Positions 35,459-45,134 of a stretch of 64,000 bases of DNA are shown one piece after another; within the stretch, counting starts at the first letter, position 1; every line of letters starts with the position of its first letter. A program made the position numbers and the translations under genes. The notes beneath the pieces are model-generated. The model was not told where the DNA came from and did not search any database. It saw only the letters and a program-made list of their open reading frames with translations. Source of the DNA: Acidimicrobiia bacterium (GTDB lineage: Bacteria > Actinomycetota > Acidimicrobiia > Acidimicrobiales > Bin134); assembly GCA_022822905.1 (NCBI GenBank), contig JAJDYE010000037.1, positions 38,859 through 102,858 on the forward strand. Reading direction: 5' to 3'.

Positions 35459-36487
35459 CTATCCCTGCTCTGACCCCATCAGGTCGTCGGGGGTGGGGAA
35501 GTGGCAGGCCACCGGGTGTCCGATGCCCAGATCTAGCAACTCCGGGTCGTACTCGGCACATATCGACTGCGCCTTCCAGCATCGCGTCCGAAAGCGGCAT
35601 CCCGAAGGGGGAGAGGCGGGGTTGGGCGCATCCCCTTCAAGCACGATGCGTCGCCGCCTCTTCTCGAGCTTGGGGTCGGGAATGGGTACAGCGGACAGCA
35701 AGGCCTGGGTGTAGGGATGGGCCGGGGTTTCGTACACTTCCGGTCCGGTACCCGTCTCCACGATCCGTCCCAGATACATCACTGCCACCTGGTCGGAGAT
35801 GTGGCGGACCACCGACAGATCGTGGGCCACGAACAGGTAGGTGAGCCCCAGTTGGCGCTGGAGATCTTCCAGCAGGTTGAGCACGCCGGCCTGAATGCTC
35901 ACGTCGAGGGCTGACACCGGCTCGTCCAGGATGATCAGCTCGGGTTCGAGGGCGAGGGCTCGGGCGATTCCGATGCGCTGGCGCTGGCCGCCGGAGAACT
36001 CGTGAGGGTAGCGGTTGCCGTGCTCGGGGTTCAGGCCGACCAGCTCCAGTAGTTCGCCCACCCGGGCCTGGACGTCCTCGTCGGCGCGGTGGATTCGCAG
36101 GGGCTCGGAGATGATGGACGAGACCGTCATGCGGGGGTCGAGGGAGGCCATCGGGTCTTGGAAGACGATCTGCATGTTCTGGCGCAGGGCCTGAAGCTGG
36201 CGGCGGCTCAGGTCGGCCAGCTCTTGGCCTTTGACTCGCACTGAGCCCGAGGTGGGCTGGATGAGGCGGAGGATGCAGCGTGCGATAGTGGATTTGCCGG
36301 ACCCTGATTCCCCTACCAGGCCTAGGGTCTCGCCTTGATCGATGTGCAGGGACACGCCGCTTACGGCTTGGACTGTGCCCACGGTGCGGCGGACTACGCC
36401 TTTTGACTTGATGGGGAAGGTTTTGACTAGGTCGGTGACTTCGACCAGCGGCGTTGCTCCATCCGGCAGGTCGGCGGGGCTAGACAT
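35459..36487 (-). CDS. oligopeptide/dipeptide ABC transporter ATP-binding protein (DppF/OppF-type)
   Basis: [23 protein letters not shown] and the C-terminal oligopeptide-ABC extension ..[10 protein letters not shown]. Confidence 0.9.
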   Translation of the reverse strand: MSSPADLPDGATPLVEVTDLVKTFPIKSKGVVRRTVGTVQAVSGVSLHIDQGETLGLVGESGSGKSTIARCILRLIQPTSGSVRVKGQELADLSRRQLQALRQNMQIVFQDPMASLDPRMTVSSIISEPLRIHRADEDVQARVGELLELVGLNPEHGNRYPHEFSGGQRQRIGIARALALEPELIILDEPVSALDVSIQAGVLNLLEDLQRQLGLTYLFVAHDLSVVRHISDQVAVMYLGRIVETGTGPEVYETPAHPYTQALLSAVPIPDPKLEKRRRRIVLEGDAPNPASPPSGCRFRTRCWKAQSICAEYDPELLDLGIGHPVACHFPTPDDLMGSEQG

Positions 36488-37493
36488 CTTCGGCCTCGCC
36501 GTATTGGTCTTCGGCGTGGTGGCAGGCGGTGAGCTGGGTGCCTATAGGGCGTAGCTCGGGGGTCTCTTGAGAGCAGATATCGGTGGCTCGGGGGCAGCGG
36601 GGGGCGAAGGCGCATCCGGGGGGTGGGGCCAGCATGGATGGCGGGGTTCCGTCGATGGGCATCAGGCGGGTGCCCTTGGGGGCGTCGAGGCGGGGTATGG
36701 CGTCGAGAAGGCCGGCGGTGTAGGGGTGGGCGGGGCGTTCGAACACGTTGTCGGCCATTCCGGTCTCGGCTATCCGACCGGCGTACATCACCAGCAGCCG
36801 GTGGGCGGTGCGGGCTACCACGCCGAGGTCGTGCGTGATCACCACCAGGGCTGAGCCAGCGGCCTCCCGGGCCCGCTCCAGAACATCCAGCACCTGGGCC
36901 TGAATGGTGACGTCGAGGGCGGTGGTTGGCTCGTCGGCGATGAGAAGATCGGGGTCGTTGGCGATGGCCATGGCGATCATGGCCCGCTGGCGCATCCCGC
37001 CCGACAGCTCGTGGGGGTAGGAGTCCACCCGCTGGGGGGCATTGGGGATGCCCACCAAGTCGAGCAGCTCGACTGCCTTAGACCGGGCGATGGCCGTCTT
37101 CGTCCGCTGGTGGACGCGGACCCCTTCGGCAATCTGGGCTCCGACGGTCATCACCGGGTTCAGCGAGGTCATCGGATCTTGGAACACCATGGAGATGGCC
37201 GATCCCCGCAGTTTTTCGAGTTCCTTGTCGGCCATGGCCGTCACGTCTTGGCCCCGATAGGAAATAGTGCCGCTTACTCGAGCGGTGCTCGGCAGCAGGC
37301 CCAGGGCGGCCATCACGCTGACCGATTTTCCCGAGCCGGATTCGCCGGCGATGGCCAGCACCTCGCCCTCGTAGATGTCCCAGCTCACCCCCCGCACCGC
37401 CTGCACGTCGCCGTCGGGGGTGGGGAACACCACCTCCAAGTCCTGCACCGACAGCACCGGGACCTCGGCTCGGGGGCTGGCCGGGCTGGTCAT
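36480..37493 (-). CDS. oligopeptide/dipeptide ABC transporter ATP-binding protein (DppD/OppD-type)
   Basis: [24 protein letters not shown], ..[10 protein letters not shown]. The ATG at 37493 forms an ATGA overlap with the permease stop. The longer ORF extension is Arg/Gly-rich read-through. Confidence 0.9.
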   Translation of the reverse strand: MTSPASPRAEVPVLSVQDLEVVFPTPDGDVQAVRGVSWDIYEGEVLAIAGESGSGKSVSVMAALGLLPSTARVSGTISYRGQDVTAMADKELEKLRGSAISMVFQDPMTSLNPVMTVGAQIAEGVRVHQRTKTAIARSKAVELLDLVGIPNAPQRVDSYPHELSGGMRQRAMIAMAIANDPDLLIADEPTTALDVTIQAQVLDVLERAREAAGSALVVITHDLGVVARTAHRLLVMYAGRIAETGMADNVFERPAHPYTAGLLDAIPRLDAPKGTRLMPIDGTPPSMLAPPPGCAFAPRCPRATDICSQETPELRPIGTQLTACHHAEDQYGEAEDV

Positions 37494-38398
37494 CGCCGCT
37501 GCTCCCGGCGGGGATCTAGGGCGTCGCGCAGGCCGTCGCCCACGAAGTTCACACACAGCACCAGCAGCACCAGCACCGCCCCCGGCAGATAGAACAGCCA
37601 CCACCTGGTGCGGGCGGCGTCTCGGCCTTCGTCCACCAGCGATCCCAGCGACACCTCGGGGGGCTGGATGCCGAAGCCCAGAAAGGCCAGCGCGGTCTCC
37701 AGCAGGATGGCGGTGGCCACCGTGAGGGTGGCGTACACGATGATCGAGCTCATGGCGTTGGGGATGAGGTGGCGGAAGATGATGCGGGTGTTCGAGGCGC
37801 CCAGGGCCTCGGCCGCCTCGATGTACTCCTTTTCCCGGATGGAGAACACCTCGCCCCGCACCACCCGAGCCAGCGGCGCCCACAGGAACAGGCCGATCAC
37901 CACCGCCACGAACATGAGCGAGCTGCCGCCGCTGGCCCGAGTGCGGGTGCCCAGAACCATCAGCACCGGCAGCAGGGGAAGAATCAGCAAGAAGTCCACC
38001 AAGAGCCCCAAGGCTCCGTCTACTCGTCCTCGGAACCAGCCCTGCACCGCGCCTAGAACCGACCCCAGCACGGTGGCGATGCCGGCCACCACCAGGCTGA
38101 CGTGAACCGACACCCGCAGTCCCCGCATCGACTGGGCGAACATGTCGTGGCCAATGGTGTCGGTGCCAAACCAGTGGTCGCCCGACGGCCCCTGCGACAG
38201 ATCGGGGGACAAGTCCTTGTAGCCCCAGCCGGTGAGCGGCTCGGCCAGGTAGCTGAACAAGTAGGCCACCACCAGCACGACGCCTGCGGCCACCGCCAGC
38301 CGGTGCGCGAGGAAGCGGCGAAGCACCAGCCGCCACTGCGATCGGACCTCTGTCTCGGTCGGGGCGTCGGCGAACACGTTGGCCGGGATGTCAGCCAT
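37490..38398 (-). CDS. peptide ABC transporter permease (DppC/OppC-type)
   Basis: MADIPANV...GPSGDHWFGTDTIGHDMFAQ... plus the EAA loop (YIEAAEALGAS). Confidence 0.88.
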   Translation of the reverse strand: MADIPANVFADAPTETEVRSQWRLVLRRFLAHRLAVAAGVVLVVAYLFSYLAEPLTGWGYKDLSPDLSQGPSGDHWFGTDTIGHDMFAQSMRGLRVSVHVSLVVAGIATVLGSVLGAVQGWFRGRVDGALGLLVDFLLILPLLPVLMVLGTRTRASGGSSLMFVAVVIGLFLWAPLARVVRGEVFSIREKEYIEAAEALGASNTRIIFRHLIPNAMSSIIVYATLTVATAILLETALAFLGFGIQPPEVSLGSLVDEGRDAARTRWWLFYLPGAVLVLLVLCVNFVGDGLRDALDPRREQRR

Positions 38399-38451
38399 CT
38401 CGCACCCTCGGGTCCAGTTCGGTAAGGGCACGCCGTCGGTGCGGATTGGCC

Positions 38452-39435
38452 TCAGCCATCTCGCACCCTCGGATCTAGAGAGCCGTAAGCCAGATCGGTC
38501 AGCAGATTGACGATGATCACCGAGATGCCCACCGCCAACAGCCATCCCTGGGTCACGGCCACATCTCCGTTGAGCAGGGACTCTAGGAACAGCCGGCCCA
38601 TGCCTTTCCAGTTGAACACCACCTCGGTGACCACCGTGCCGCCGATCAGCGTTCCGAACGTGAGCCCGGTGTAGCTCACCACCGGAAGCAGGGCGTTGCG
38701 CAGGGCGTGGTGGGTGATGACCCGGCGCCGGGGCACCCCTTTGGCTCGGGCAGTTCGGATGTAGTCGCTCTCCAGCACATCGAGCATGGCCGAGCGCTGA
38801 AACCGGCTGGTGGCGGCCAGCTGGATCGCGATCAGGGTGAGGGCGGGAAGGATGATGTGGCCGGCCCGGTCGGCCCACGTCCCCCAGAAGTCGGCATCAA
38901 GCCGGGGCGACTGCTCGCCGATGGTGAAGAAGATCCGGCGACCCCACCAGTCGTTGAACCGGATGCCCAAGTCTTTGAGCAACGCTCCCAGCCAGAACAC
39001 CGGCATGGCGAAGAACAGAAAGGCGAAGAAGGTGGAGATGTTGTCGAACTTCCCGTACTGGCGCATCGCGCTCACCACCCCTACCGCCACGCCGAGGATC
39101 ACCGAGATGACGGTGGCGGCGATCACCAGCCGCAGGGTGACCGGTATGGCCTCGCCCAGCAAGGTGGTGACCGCCCGCCCGTTGTCGGTGGACGTGCCCA
39201 TGTCCCCGGTGAACATGTCGCCCAGCCAGCTTCCGTAGCGCTCGATAAGGGGCCTGTCGAGGCCCAGGCTGGCTTCCAGCCGTTGGACTTGCTCGGCGCC
39301 GCCGGGTTGCGACAGCAGAAAAACCCGCTGTTCGGCGATGGGGTCGACAGTGGCCACCAGCAAGAAGGCCACCAGGGTGGCGAAGAACAGGACGACGACG
39401 GATATGAGCAGCTTGCGTGTCGCGTACCCGAGCAC
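38452..39435 (-). CDS. peptide ABC transporter permease (DppB/OppB-type)
   Basis: VLGYATRKLLISVVVLFFATLVAFLL...LGLDRPLIERY...YIRTARAKG. GTG start at 39435. Confidence 0.85.
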   Translation of the reverse strand: MLGYATRKLLISVVVLFFATLVAFLLVATVDPIAEQRVFLLSQPGGAEQVQRLEASLGLDRPLIERYGSWLGDMFTGDMGTSTDNGRAVTTLLGEAIPVTLRLVIAATVISVILGVAVGVVSAMRQYGKFDNISTFFAFLFFAMPVFWLGALLKDLGIRFNDWWGRRIFFTIGEQSPRLDADFWGTWADRAGHIILPALTLIAIQLAATSRFQRSAMLDVLESDYIRTARAKGVPRRRVITHHALRNALLPVVSYTGLTFGTLIGGTVVTEVVFNWKGMGRLFLESLLNGDVAVTQGWLLAVGISVIIVNLLTDLAYGSLDPRVRDG

Positions 39436-39549
39436 TGCGTTGAACGCTAGCGCTATTCCCGCTCGGGCTAATCGACGCTTGCCGTTTGGCCCATGTGGCC
39501 TGGAACTAGCATTTTGCTTGTAGCCTTCGCAGGCGTGTCTGGACAGGAG

Positions 39550-40272
39550 ATGACTGCCATCGACACTTCCTTGAGCAAAGCCGACCGCCAGCTCATCCTG
39601 TCTGCGTTGCGATCTCCCAGGGGCCACTACCCCTGCGAGCGCGCCAGCCAGCTCTCCGGGATTCCAGCCCGCACGCTGCGTGACTGGCGCCATTCCGGCG
39701 TCCTCGTCCCCGATTGGAGCAACAGCAGCCTCTACGGCTGGTCGTATCGCGACATTGTCTATGCCCGCCTGATGGCCTGGCTTCGCGGCAAGGGCATGAA
39801 CCGCGACGACGCCGCTGGGCGCATCGGCCTGCTTCGAGGCGAACTGGCCGCGGCCGATATCGATCCGACGATTGCCGACGATCCGACAGTTCGAAGCGAC
39901 GGAATGGTCTTCCTGATCGGCCAGGAGCACATCGACCGCCTCACCGGCAAGCAGGTTTTCGGCGCCTTGATCTCATTTCTGGACGTGTTCGAACTAGTGG
40001 AACCGATCGAAGATGTTTCCAAGGGCAACCTCTGGGGTCCGAGCCTCATCCGACCGTCTGAGCACACCTACATTTCCCCCAACGTCGTGGCTGGCGAGCC
40101 CTGCATTATCGATTCACGCATCCCCACCAGCACGATTCACGGCCTGCGCAGCGAACGCGGCCTCGACGTACACAACATCATCGCCCTCTACCCCCAACTT
40201 GACGAAACCCGCATCACCGACGCAATCGGCCTTGAGTCCCGCCTACCGAGAGCCCTTCCCCGAGCCGCATAG
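39550..40272 (+). CDS. MerR-like HTH plus DUF433 domain protein (antitoxin-like)
   Basis: N-terminal YPCERASQLSGIPARTLRDWRHSGVL (MerR-type HTH). C-terminal ISPNVVAGEPCIIDSRIPTSTIHGL...ALYPQL (DUF433 pattern). Confidence 0.65.
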   Translation: MTAIDTSLSKADRQLILSALRSPRGHYPCERASQLSGIPARTLRDWRHSGVLVPDWSNSSLYGWSYRDIVYARLMAWLRGKGMNRDDAAGRIGLLRGELAAADIDPTIADDPTVRSDGMVFLIGQEHIDRLTGKQVFGALISFLDVFELVEPIEDVSKGNLWGPSLIRPSEHTYISPNVVAGEPCIIDSRIPTSTIHGLRSERGLDVHNIIALYPQLDETRITDAIGLESRLPRALPRAA

Positions 40273-40276
40273 CCAG

Positions 40277-40405
40277 ATGCGCCTCCTGCTAGACGAGAAC
40301 TTCCCGAACCTCCCTGATTTCATCTCAGCGTTGGGCAATTACCTGGCCGAAATCGTGTCCCTGCACGAATTCGATCTTCATTTGACCTGGGGCACAGGTG
40401 CCTAA
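40277..40405 (+). pseudogene. truncated DUF5615/PIN-like (Mut7-C type) toxin remnant, 42 codons
   Basis: MRLLLDENFPNLP... is the usual DUF5615 N-terminus. The ORF stops after about 40 aa, whereas from recollection full-length members are roughly three times longer. Confidence 0.45.
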
Positions 40406-40487
40406 CTGTCACTGGCCGTGCTTATAGTCTGAGGACAGCCGGAATGGCTGAGCCCTTGAAGACGTTCGACGAGTAGGGGGGGTCTCA

Positions 40488-41447
40488 ATGGTCGAGGCAA
40501 CACCAGAGCAACTAGGTCTTCTCGCCCTGTGCAGCTTGTCGGTGGGTGAAGACCGCTGCGACTGGGGGGTAATTGCCCGCCAGGCATACCGAGAACAGTC
40601 TCTTGAAGGATTGCTGAGCGGTGAGGTGGTCGAGTCCGGGGCCCGGGCAGAGCGCACTGGCTGGATTGCCGCAACCGCCACCGAGAGCCAATGGGCTTCG
40701 GCCTTTGCGCAGGCCGACCGGGAACTCGAGGCGGCCAGCACAGTAGACGCCCAGCTGACAACGATCTTCGATGACGACTTCCCTGTAAACCTCCGCTTCA
40801 TCCACAACCTCCCGCCATTCCTGTTCTACCGGGGGCCGCTCGACGCCAACCGAGACGCAAGATCGGTCGCCGTTGTGGGAACCCGCGAACCATCCACCCA
40901 GGGAATCAGCCGCGCCGAGCAGATGGCCCGCGAGCTCGCCAAACAGGGCATCACAGTCACCTCTGGTCTCGCCAAGGGCATAGACAGCGCAGCTCATCGG
41001 GCAACCCTGGACTGCGGTGGGAGGACCATTGCCGTTTACGGCACCGGCGTCACCACGACGTACCCGACGTCGAATGTCGAGTTGGCCGATGAGATCCTCG
41101 CGTCAGGCGGGCTTGTCGTCTCCCAGTTCTTCCCGACGGCCAAACCGGCTCAGTGGACCTTTCGCAAGCGCAACGAGGTCACCTCTGGCATCTCCCAGGG
41201 CACGGTGGTCATCGAGGCGTCCAAGACCTCGGGCGCCAAGATGCAGGCTCGGTTGGCCTTTGAGCACGGCAAGCGCGTATTCCTCATCAAGTCCCTGGTT
41301 ACCAATCAAGAATGGGCCAGATCCATGGTCGAGTCCAACCAGGCGATTGAAGTCCAATCCGTAGACGACATTGTGCGCAAGGTCGCCGACTCGGCCAGGC
41401 TGCACACCGCCAGCGAGAAGCTCCTCCTCCAGCCGTCGATGCTGTAG
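40488..41447 (+). CDS. DprA/Smf-like DNA-processing (Rossmann-fold) protein
   Basis: ..FPVNLRFIHNLPPFLFYRG...VAVVGTREPS..G...TSGLAKGIDSAAHRATL...GRTIAVYGTG...YP..N..L...I...GLVVSQF. Confidence 0.8.
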   Translation: MVEATPEQLGLLALCSLSVGEDRCDWGVIARQAYREQSLEGLLSGEVVESGARAERTGWIAATATESQWASAFAQADRELEAASTVDAQLTTIFDDDFPVNLRFIHNLPPFLFYRGPLDANRDARSVAVVGTREPSTQGISRAEQMARELAKQGITVTSGLAKGIDSAAHRATLDCGGRTIAVYGTGVTTTYPTSNVELADEILASGGLVVSQFFPTAKPAQWTFRKRNEVTSGISQGTVVIEASKTSGAKMQARLAFEHGKRVFLIKSLVTNQEWARSMVESNQAIEVQSVDDIVRKVADSARLHTASEKLLLQPSML

Positions 41448-41456
41448 CGCACATCC

Positions 41457-42022
41457 ATGTCCAAGCCTGAGGGTCGTAGGGATTTTCCCGATTGCAAGTT
41501 CTGCCGCTACGTCCAACAAGGGCCGTGGTGGGTCTGCGTCGAGTGTGCGTCGGAGACCCTGCGGTCAATCACCGACCCCTGCCCCATCTGTGTCTGCAAG
41601 CAGAAGGAAGGCAATTGCTCGAAGACGGATCAGCACAAGCCGACCGGTGGAATCAGGGCTGTTTGGACCTGCAGAATCACATCAGAGCCCTGGGACGGGC
41701 CGACAGGCCAGACCTGCCCACTTCGCTGCGTGAGTTCTTCCACAGCTTCGAGCATGCAACCGGCCGCATGTACCAGATACTGCATGGAATACCCGGCATC
41801 GCAGAGGATAGGACGCAACTCAGGCAGTTCTTCAGCTGGTTCGACCTGGTCTACCGGCACTCGACATACGCGATCACTGCAAGCTGTTGCCCAGACAAGA
41901 ACCCTCCTTCAACCCTGAGGACGACAATCAATCTGACTACCGGCGAAGTAACACAAGAAGGCGAACGCGGCGAAGCGATAGTGCCGAAAGAGTACCGCCA
42001 CGCAACCGACAAGGTCCGCTAG
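41457..42022 (+). pseudogene. zinc-ribbon protein with unknown C-terminal domain, apparent -1/+2 frameshift
   Basis: Frame A gives MSKPEGRRDFPDCKFCRYVQQGPWWVCVECASETLRSITDPCPICVC (three CxxC pairs). After about 41600-41650, protein-like sequence continues only in frame B (..LREFFHSFEHATGRMYQILHGIPGIAEDRTQLRQFFSWFDLVYRH..*). Confidence 0.5.
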
Positions 42023-42769
42023 TTGAACGAATTCACACCCTACGTAAGCGAGCAGCTCAAGGCGTACGTCTATCTGTTGATCGATCCGCGGGACGGTGAG
42101 ATTTTCTATGTAGGCAAGGGAAATGGGAACCGTGTCTTTGACCACGCCCTAGACGCTCTTGCTGACAGGGAGACCTCAAGCGACAAGCTAGAGCGGATCA
42201 GGGAGATTCGGGCAGCGGGTTGCGAGGTGCGACACGAGTTGCTCCGATTCGGCCTCACAGGTCGCACAGCACTCGAGATCGAAGCGGCAGCGATCCAGCT
42301 TCTCGGCCTAAGTGAGCTCACGAACAAGGTCGAAGGCCATCACGTTTGGACCCGGGGTCGGATGGCCACAGAAGTTGCGGTGTCGCTCCTTGACGCTCAG
42401 CCAGCACCTGAGATCGTGGAGCGGGTCATCATATTTCGCATTCCCCATCTCTGGTCTCCGGTGATGTCCGCCGACGAGTTGTATGAGGCGACGCATGGTT
42501 GGTGGCCGCTCGGGGATCGCCGCGATGGTGCCGAATTTGCTTTTGCCGTCAGCAGCTGGGTCATCCGCGAGGTGTACCGGATAGATGCAGATAGCTGGCG
42601 ACAGCGTCAGCCAGGCGACCGAGACTGGGAACTAGACATTGGGAAGTCGCGCAAACGGTGGGGGTTCAGCGGCGAGGTCGCGGAGGAACTCGCGCACTAT
42701 ACAAACAAGAATGTGAAGCACCTCTACAAGGACCGCGACCGTTCGACATTCAAATACGTGAACTGCTAG
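42023..42769 (+). CDS. GIY-YIG nuclease-superfamily protein with unknown C-terminal domain
   Basis: AYVYLLIDPRDGEIFYVGKGNGNRVFDH gives the GIY(YVY)-x10-YIG(FYVG)-x-R pattern. The TTG start directly abuts the preceding TAG. Confidence 0.7.
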   Translation: MNEFTPYVSEQLKAYVYLLIDPRDGEIFYVGKGNGNRVFDHALDALADRETSSDKLERIREIRAAGCEVRHELLRFGLTGRTALEIEAAAIQLLGLSELTNKVEGHHVWTRGRMATEVAVSLLDAQPAPEIVERVIIFRIPHLWSPVMSADELYEATHGWWPLGDRRDGAEFAFAVSSWVIREVYRIDADSWRQRQPGDRDWELDIGKSRKRWGFSGEVAEELAHYTNKNVKHLYKDRDRSTFKYVNC

Positions 42770-43265
42770 AGCCAAGCCCTCCAGAAAAACCAGGGCGGTT
42801 CAAACCCTCGCCGAATGCATGGGTATCACGCTGCCTTCGTGATCTTGAAGCCGTTCAATCCAGGAGTGTGTGATCGAGCATTGGGCGAGTAGCTCGGATA
42901 GCCAATCTGTTCAAGTGGTATGGATGGTTCTGGTTCAGGTCTAGGCGATAGAGCAGCAGCGCAGAGGCGAACGCCTGAAGCCCCCACGACTTGGGACGGG
43001 CCGCTGATTTGGTCGTGTATGGTCTAGGTGCCGCTGCCGTGTTCAGAATCTGAGGGAGATATGCAGGCAGTCATCGCAGGATTGATAGCGGGAGTGGCGG
43101 TTGGGAAGGCGGAAGGCTGGCAGCGGGAGCGATGAGTCGAAAGGCTCTGCCCACTTAGTGATTCCGCCGAAGTCTCCCATGGCCAAAGTCTGTCAGCTTG
43201 GCCATCTTGAACCTCCCAGGGACACCCACAGCCCTCAACCGCGCAAACAAACCCGCGACGCACCA

Positions 43266-44987
43266 CTAGTTGGCCAGCGCCCACTCTTCCAGGTTCCAGG
43301 TGAAGCTCTCCAAGGTGGGGTTGTCTTGGATGTTTTGGAGGTTCTCGTTCCAGGCCAAGAAGAAGGGGAGCTGGTACACGGGCGTGTTGGGGAGGGTTTC
43401 CCACATGAGGGCGTCGGCCTGATTGAGCAACTCGGCTTGGCGGTTGGCGTCGAGGGTGAAGGTGGCCTCCACCAGCAGTTCGTTGACCTGATCGTCCACG
43501 TAGGCGCCGGGGTTGCTGTCGCTGCCGGTGCCGAACACTTGAAGAGCCGATGTGGCCGGCAGCGGTCCGCCCACCCAGGCGAAGATCACCAGATCGAAGT
43601 CGCCGGGGGGGCCGGGAGGGTCGTTGGTTGAGCCGAACACCGGACCGAAGATCTCGCCTCCGGGCAGGTTGTCGATGGTGATTCTGATTCCGGCTTCAGC
43701 CAGCTGGTTCTGCACCAGTTCTTGGAACTGCTCCCGGCGGTCATTGCCTCCGGTGGTGCGGATGCGCAGACTCAGCTGCCGTCCGTCTTTGGCGTATACG
43801 TCGCCGTCGAGCTCCCAGCCGGCAGCTTCCAGCACGGCGCGGGCCGCGGCCACGTCCCGCTGTTGGAACTCAGCGGGAGTGTTGTCTTGATACTGGGCTT
43901 GGCCGTTCATGTAGATCCGGTTGCCCAGTGGCTGAGCCGACTCCGAGAACGGCCGCATGAGCGCGGTCACGATCAGCTCTCGATCGAGCGCTAATGCGAT
44001 GGCCTGGCGCGCCTCCAAAGGAACGGTGGCAGTGTTGAACGTGATGTGCTCCCAGGTGGGGCCGAAGGTGATGGAGGATTCCACTCCGCTTATACCGTTG
44101 ATCTGTTGCACTAAGTCCACTTGGGGTTGCGGATAGATCACGTCTACTTCGCCGTTCTCCAGCGCGAGGGGCAGGTTGCCCACGTCGCTGATGAACCGGA
44201 AGGTGACCTCGTCGATATGGGGACCTTCGCCGAACCAGGTGGGGTTGGCCACCAGTGTCAGATCGCTGCCCGGGTTGTACTCGTCCACCACATAGGGACC
44301 GGCGCCCACACCTGGATCGGTGCGGAAGCCTTCGCTCCAGTCCCGGCCCAGGTGGGCGGGCGGGAACGGTCCGGAGAACAGCAAGATGTATTCCACGAAG
44401 GGCTGGCCCTCGGGCCAACTCAGACGGACGGCCTTGTCGTCCACCACCTCCAAGGTTGCGCTGTCGAAGCCCTGAGTGGCAGCGCAGTCATCTTGGGGGT
44501 CGTTGCAGTTCTCGAAATAAAACACCATGTCGTCGGAGCTCACCGGGGTTCCGTCGCTCCACATGGCGTCGGCTCGCAGCCGGTACTCCACCACCAGGGG
44601 GTCCTCTTGGATGATGGTGGGCAGGGTTTCGCAGAAGTACGGCTCAAAGGAGAAATCGGGGCGGGTCCGCGTGCAGGTGGGGTAGATAGCCCGGGTGATT
44701 TGGCGACCGGCCAGGAGGTTGTCGCCGGCCGTCAAGTTGTTGAAGTTGGTGATCTCCTGCTCCAGACCGACGACCACGCTGGTGGGCTGCTCTTCTTCCG
44801 GGCTGGGGTCTTCGGCTTGTGTCGGGGCCGCCGCAGGCTCTTCATCTGTGGCCGGGGCCGCAGTGGGCCCTGAGGCGTCCGGTGGAGGCGAGTCGTCGTC
44901 GTTGCCACAGGCAGCGGCTAGCAGGACTAGTGCCAGCAGGGCCGCGACCACTCGCGAATATCGATCGATTTTCATGTGCTTTGTCAT
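43266..44987 (-). CDS. peptide/nickel ABC transporter substrate-binding lipoprotein (family 5)
   Basis: Lipobox LLAAACGNDDD. The length and motifs (..WSDGTPV..DD..F.., ..GPY.., ..PW) are typical of DppA/OppA-type SBPs. The start was trimmed to MTKHMKIDR. Confidence 0.85.
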   Translation of the reverse strand: MTKHMKIDRYSRVVAALLALVLLAAACGNDDDSPPPDASGPTAAPATDEEPAAAPTQAEDPSPEEEQPTSVVVGLEQEITNFNNLTAGDNLLAGRQITRAIYPTCTRTRPDFSFEPYFCETLPTIIQEDPLVVEYRLRADAMWSDGTPVSSDDMVFYFENCNDPQDDCAATQGFDSATLEVVDDKAVRLSWPEGQPFVEYILLFSGPFPPAHLGRDWSEGFRTDPGVGAGPYVVDEYNPGSDLTLVANPTWFGEGPHIDEVTFRFISDVGNLPLALENGEVDVIYPQPQVDLVQQINGISGVESSITFGPTWEHITFNTATVPLEARQAIALALDRELIVTALMRPFSESAQPLGNRIYMNGQAQYQDNTPAEFQQRDVAAARAVLEAAGWELDGDVYAKDGRQLSLRIRTTGGNDRREQFQELVQNQLAEAGIRITIDNLPGGEIFGPVFGSTNDPPGPPGDFDLVIFAWVGGPLPATSALQVFGTGSDSNPGAYVDDQVNELLVEATFTLDANRQAELLNQADALMWETLPNTPVYQLPFFLAWNENLQNIQDNPTLESFTWNLEEWALAN

Positions 44988-45134
44988 AGCAAGGTCAATT
45001 ATGGCTGGCCTGATAGCCACGGGGGCAAAGAACCCTGTTCGCGGAATGTCGCTAGGGTCGATAGCATGGGAGCGAAGGGAACATATCCGGGTGTCCGGCG
45101 GTTGTAACCTCAACCGGTAGCGAAGGAGAGAGCA

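Noticed and set aside
36480-39930. N-terminal extensions of track ORFs 36480..38336, 37490..38878, 38452..39930, 33673..34842, 34542..35600 and 43266..45302.
   Set aside because: The extensions overlap the upstream genes, are Arg/Gly-rich, and internal starts give canonical ATGA/GTGA couplings and family-typical N-termini.
43024-43404. 126-aa minus-strand ORF in the non-coding tail of the islet, overlapping the SBP gene's 3' end.
   Set aside because: There are no motifs, it overlaps the well-supported SBP gene, and the sequence is low-complexity. The 42770-43265 region may contain decayed fragments, but none could be supported.
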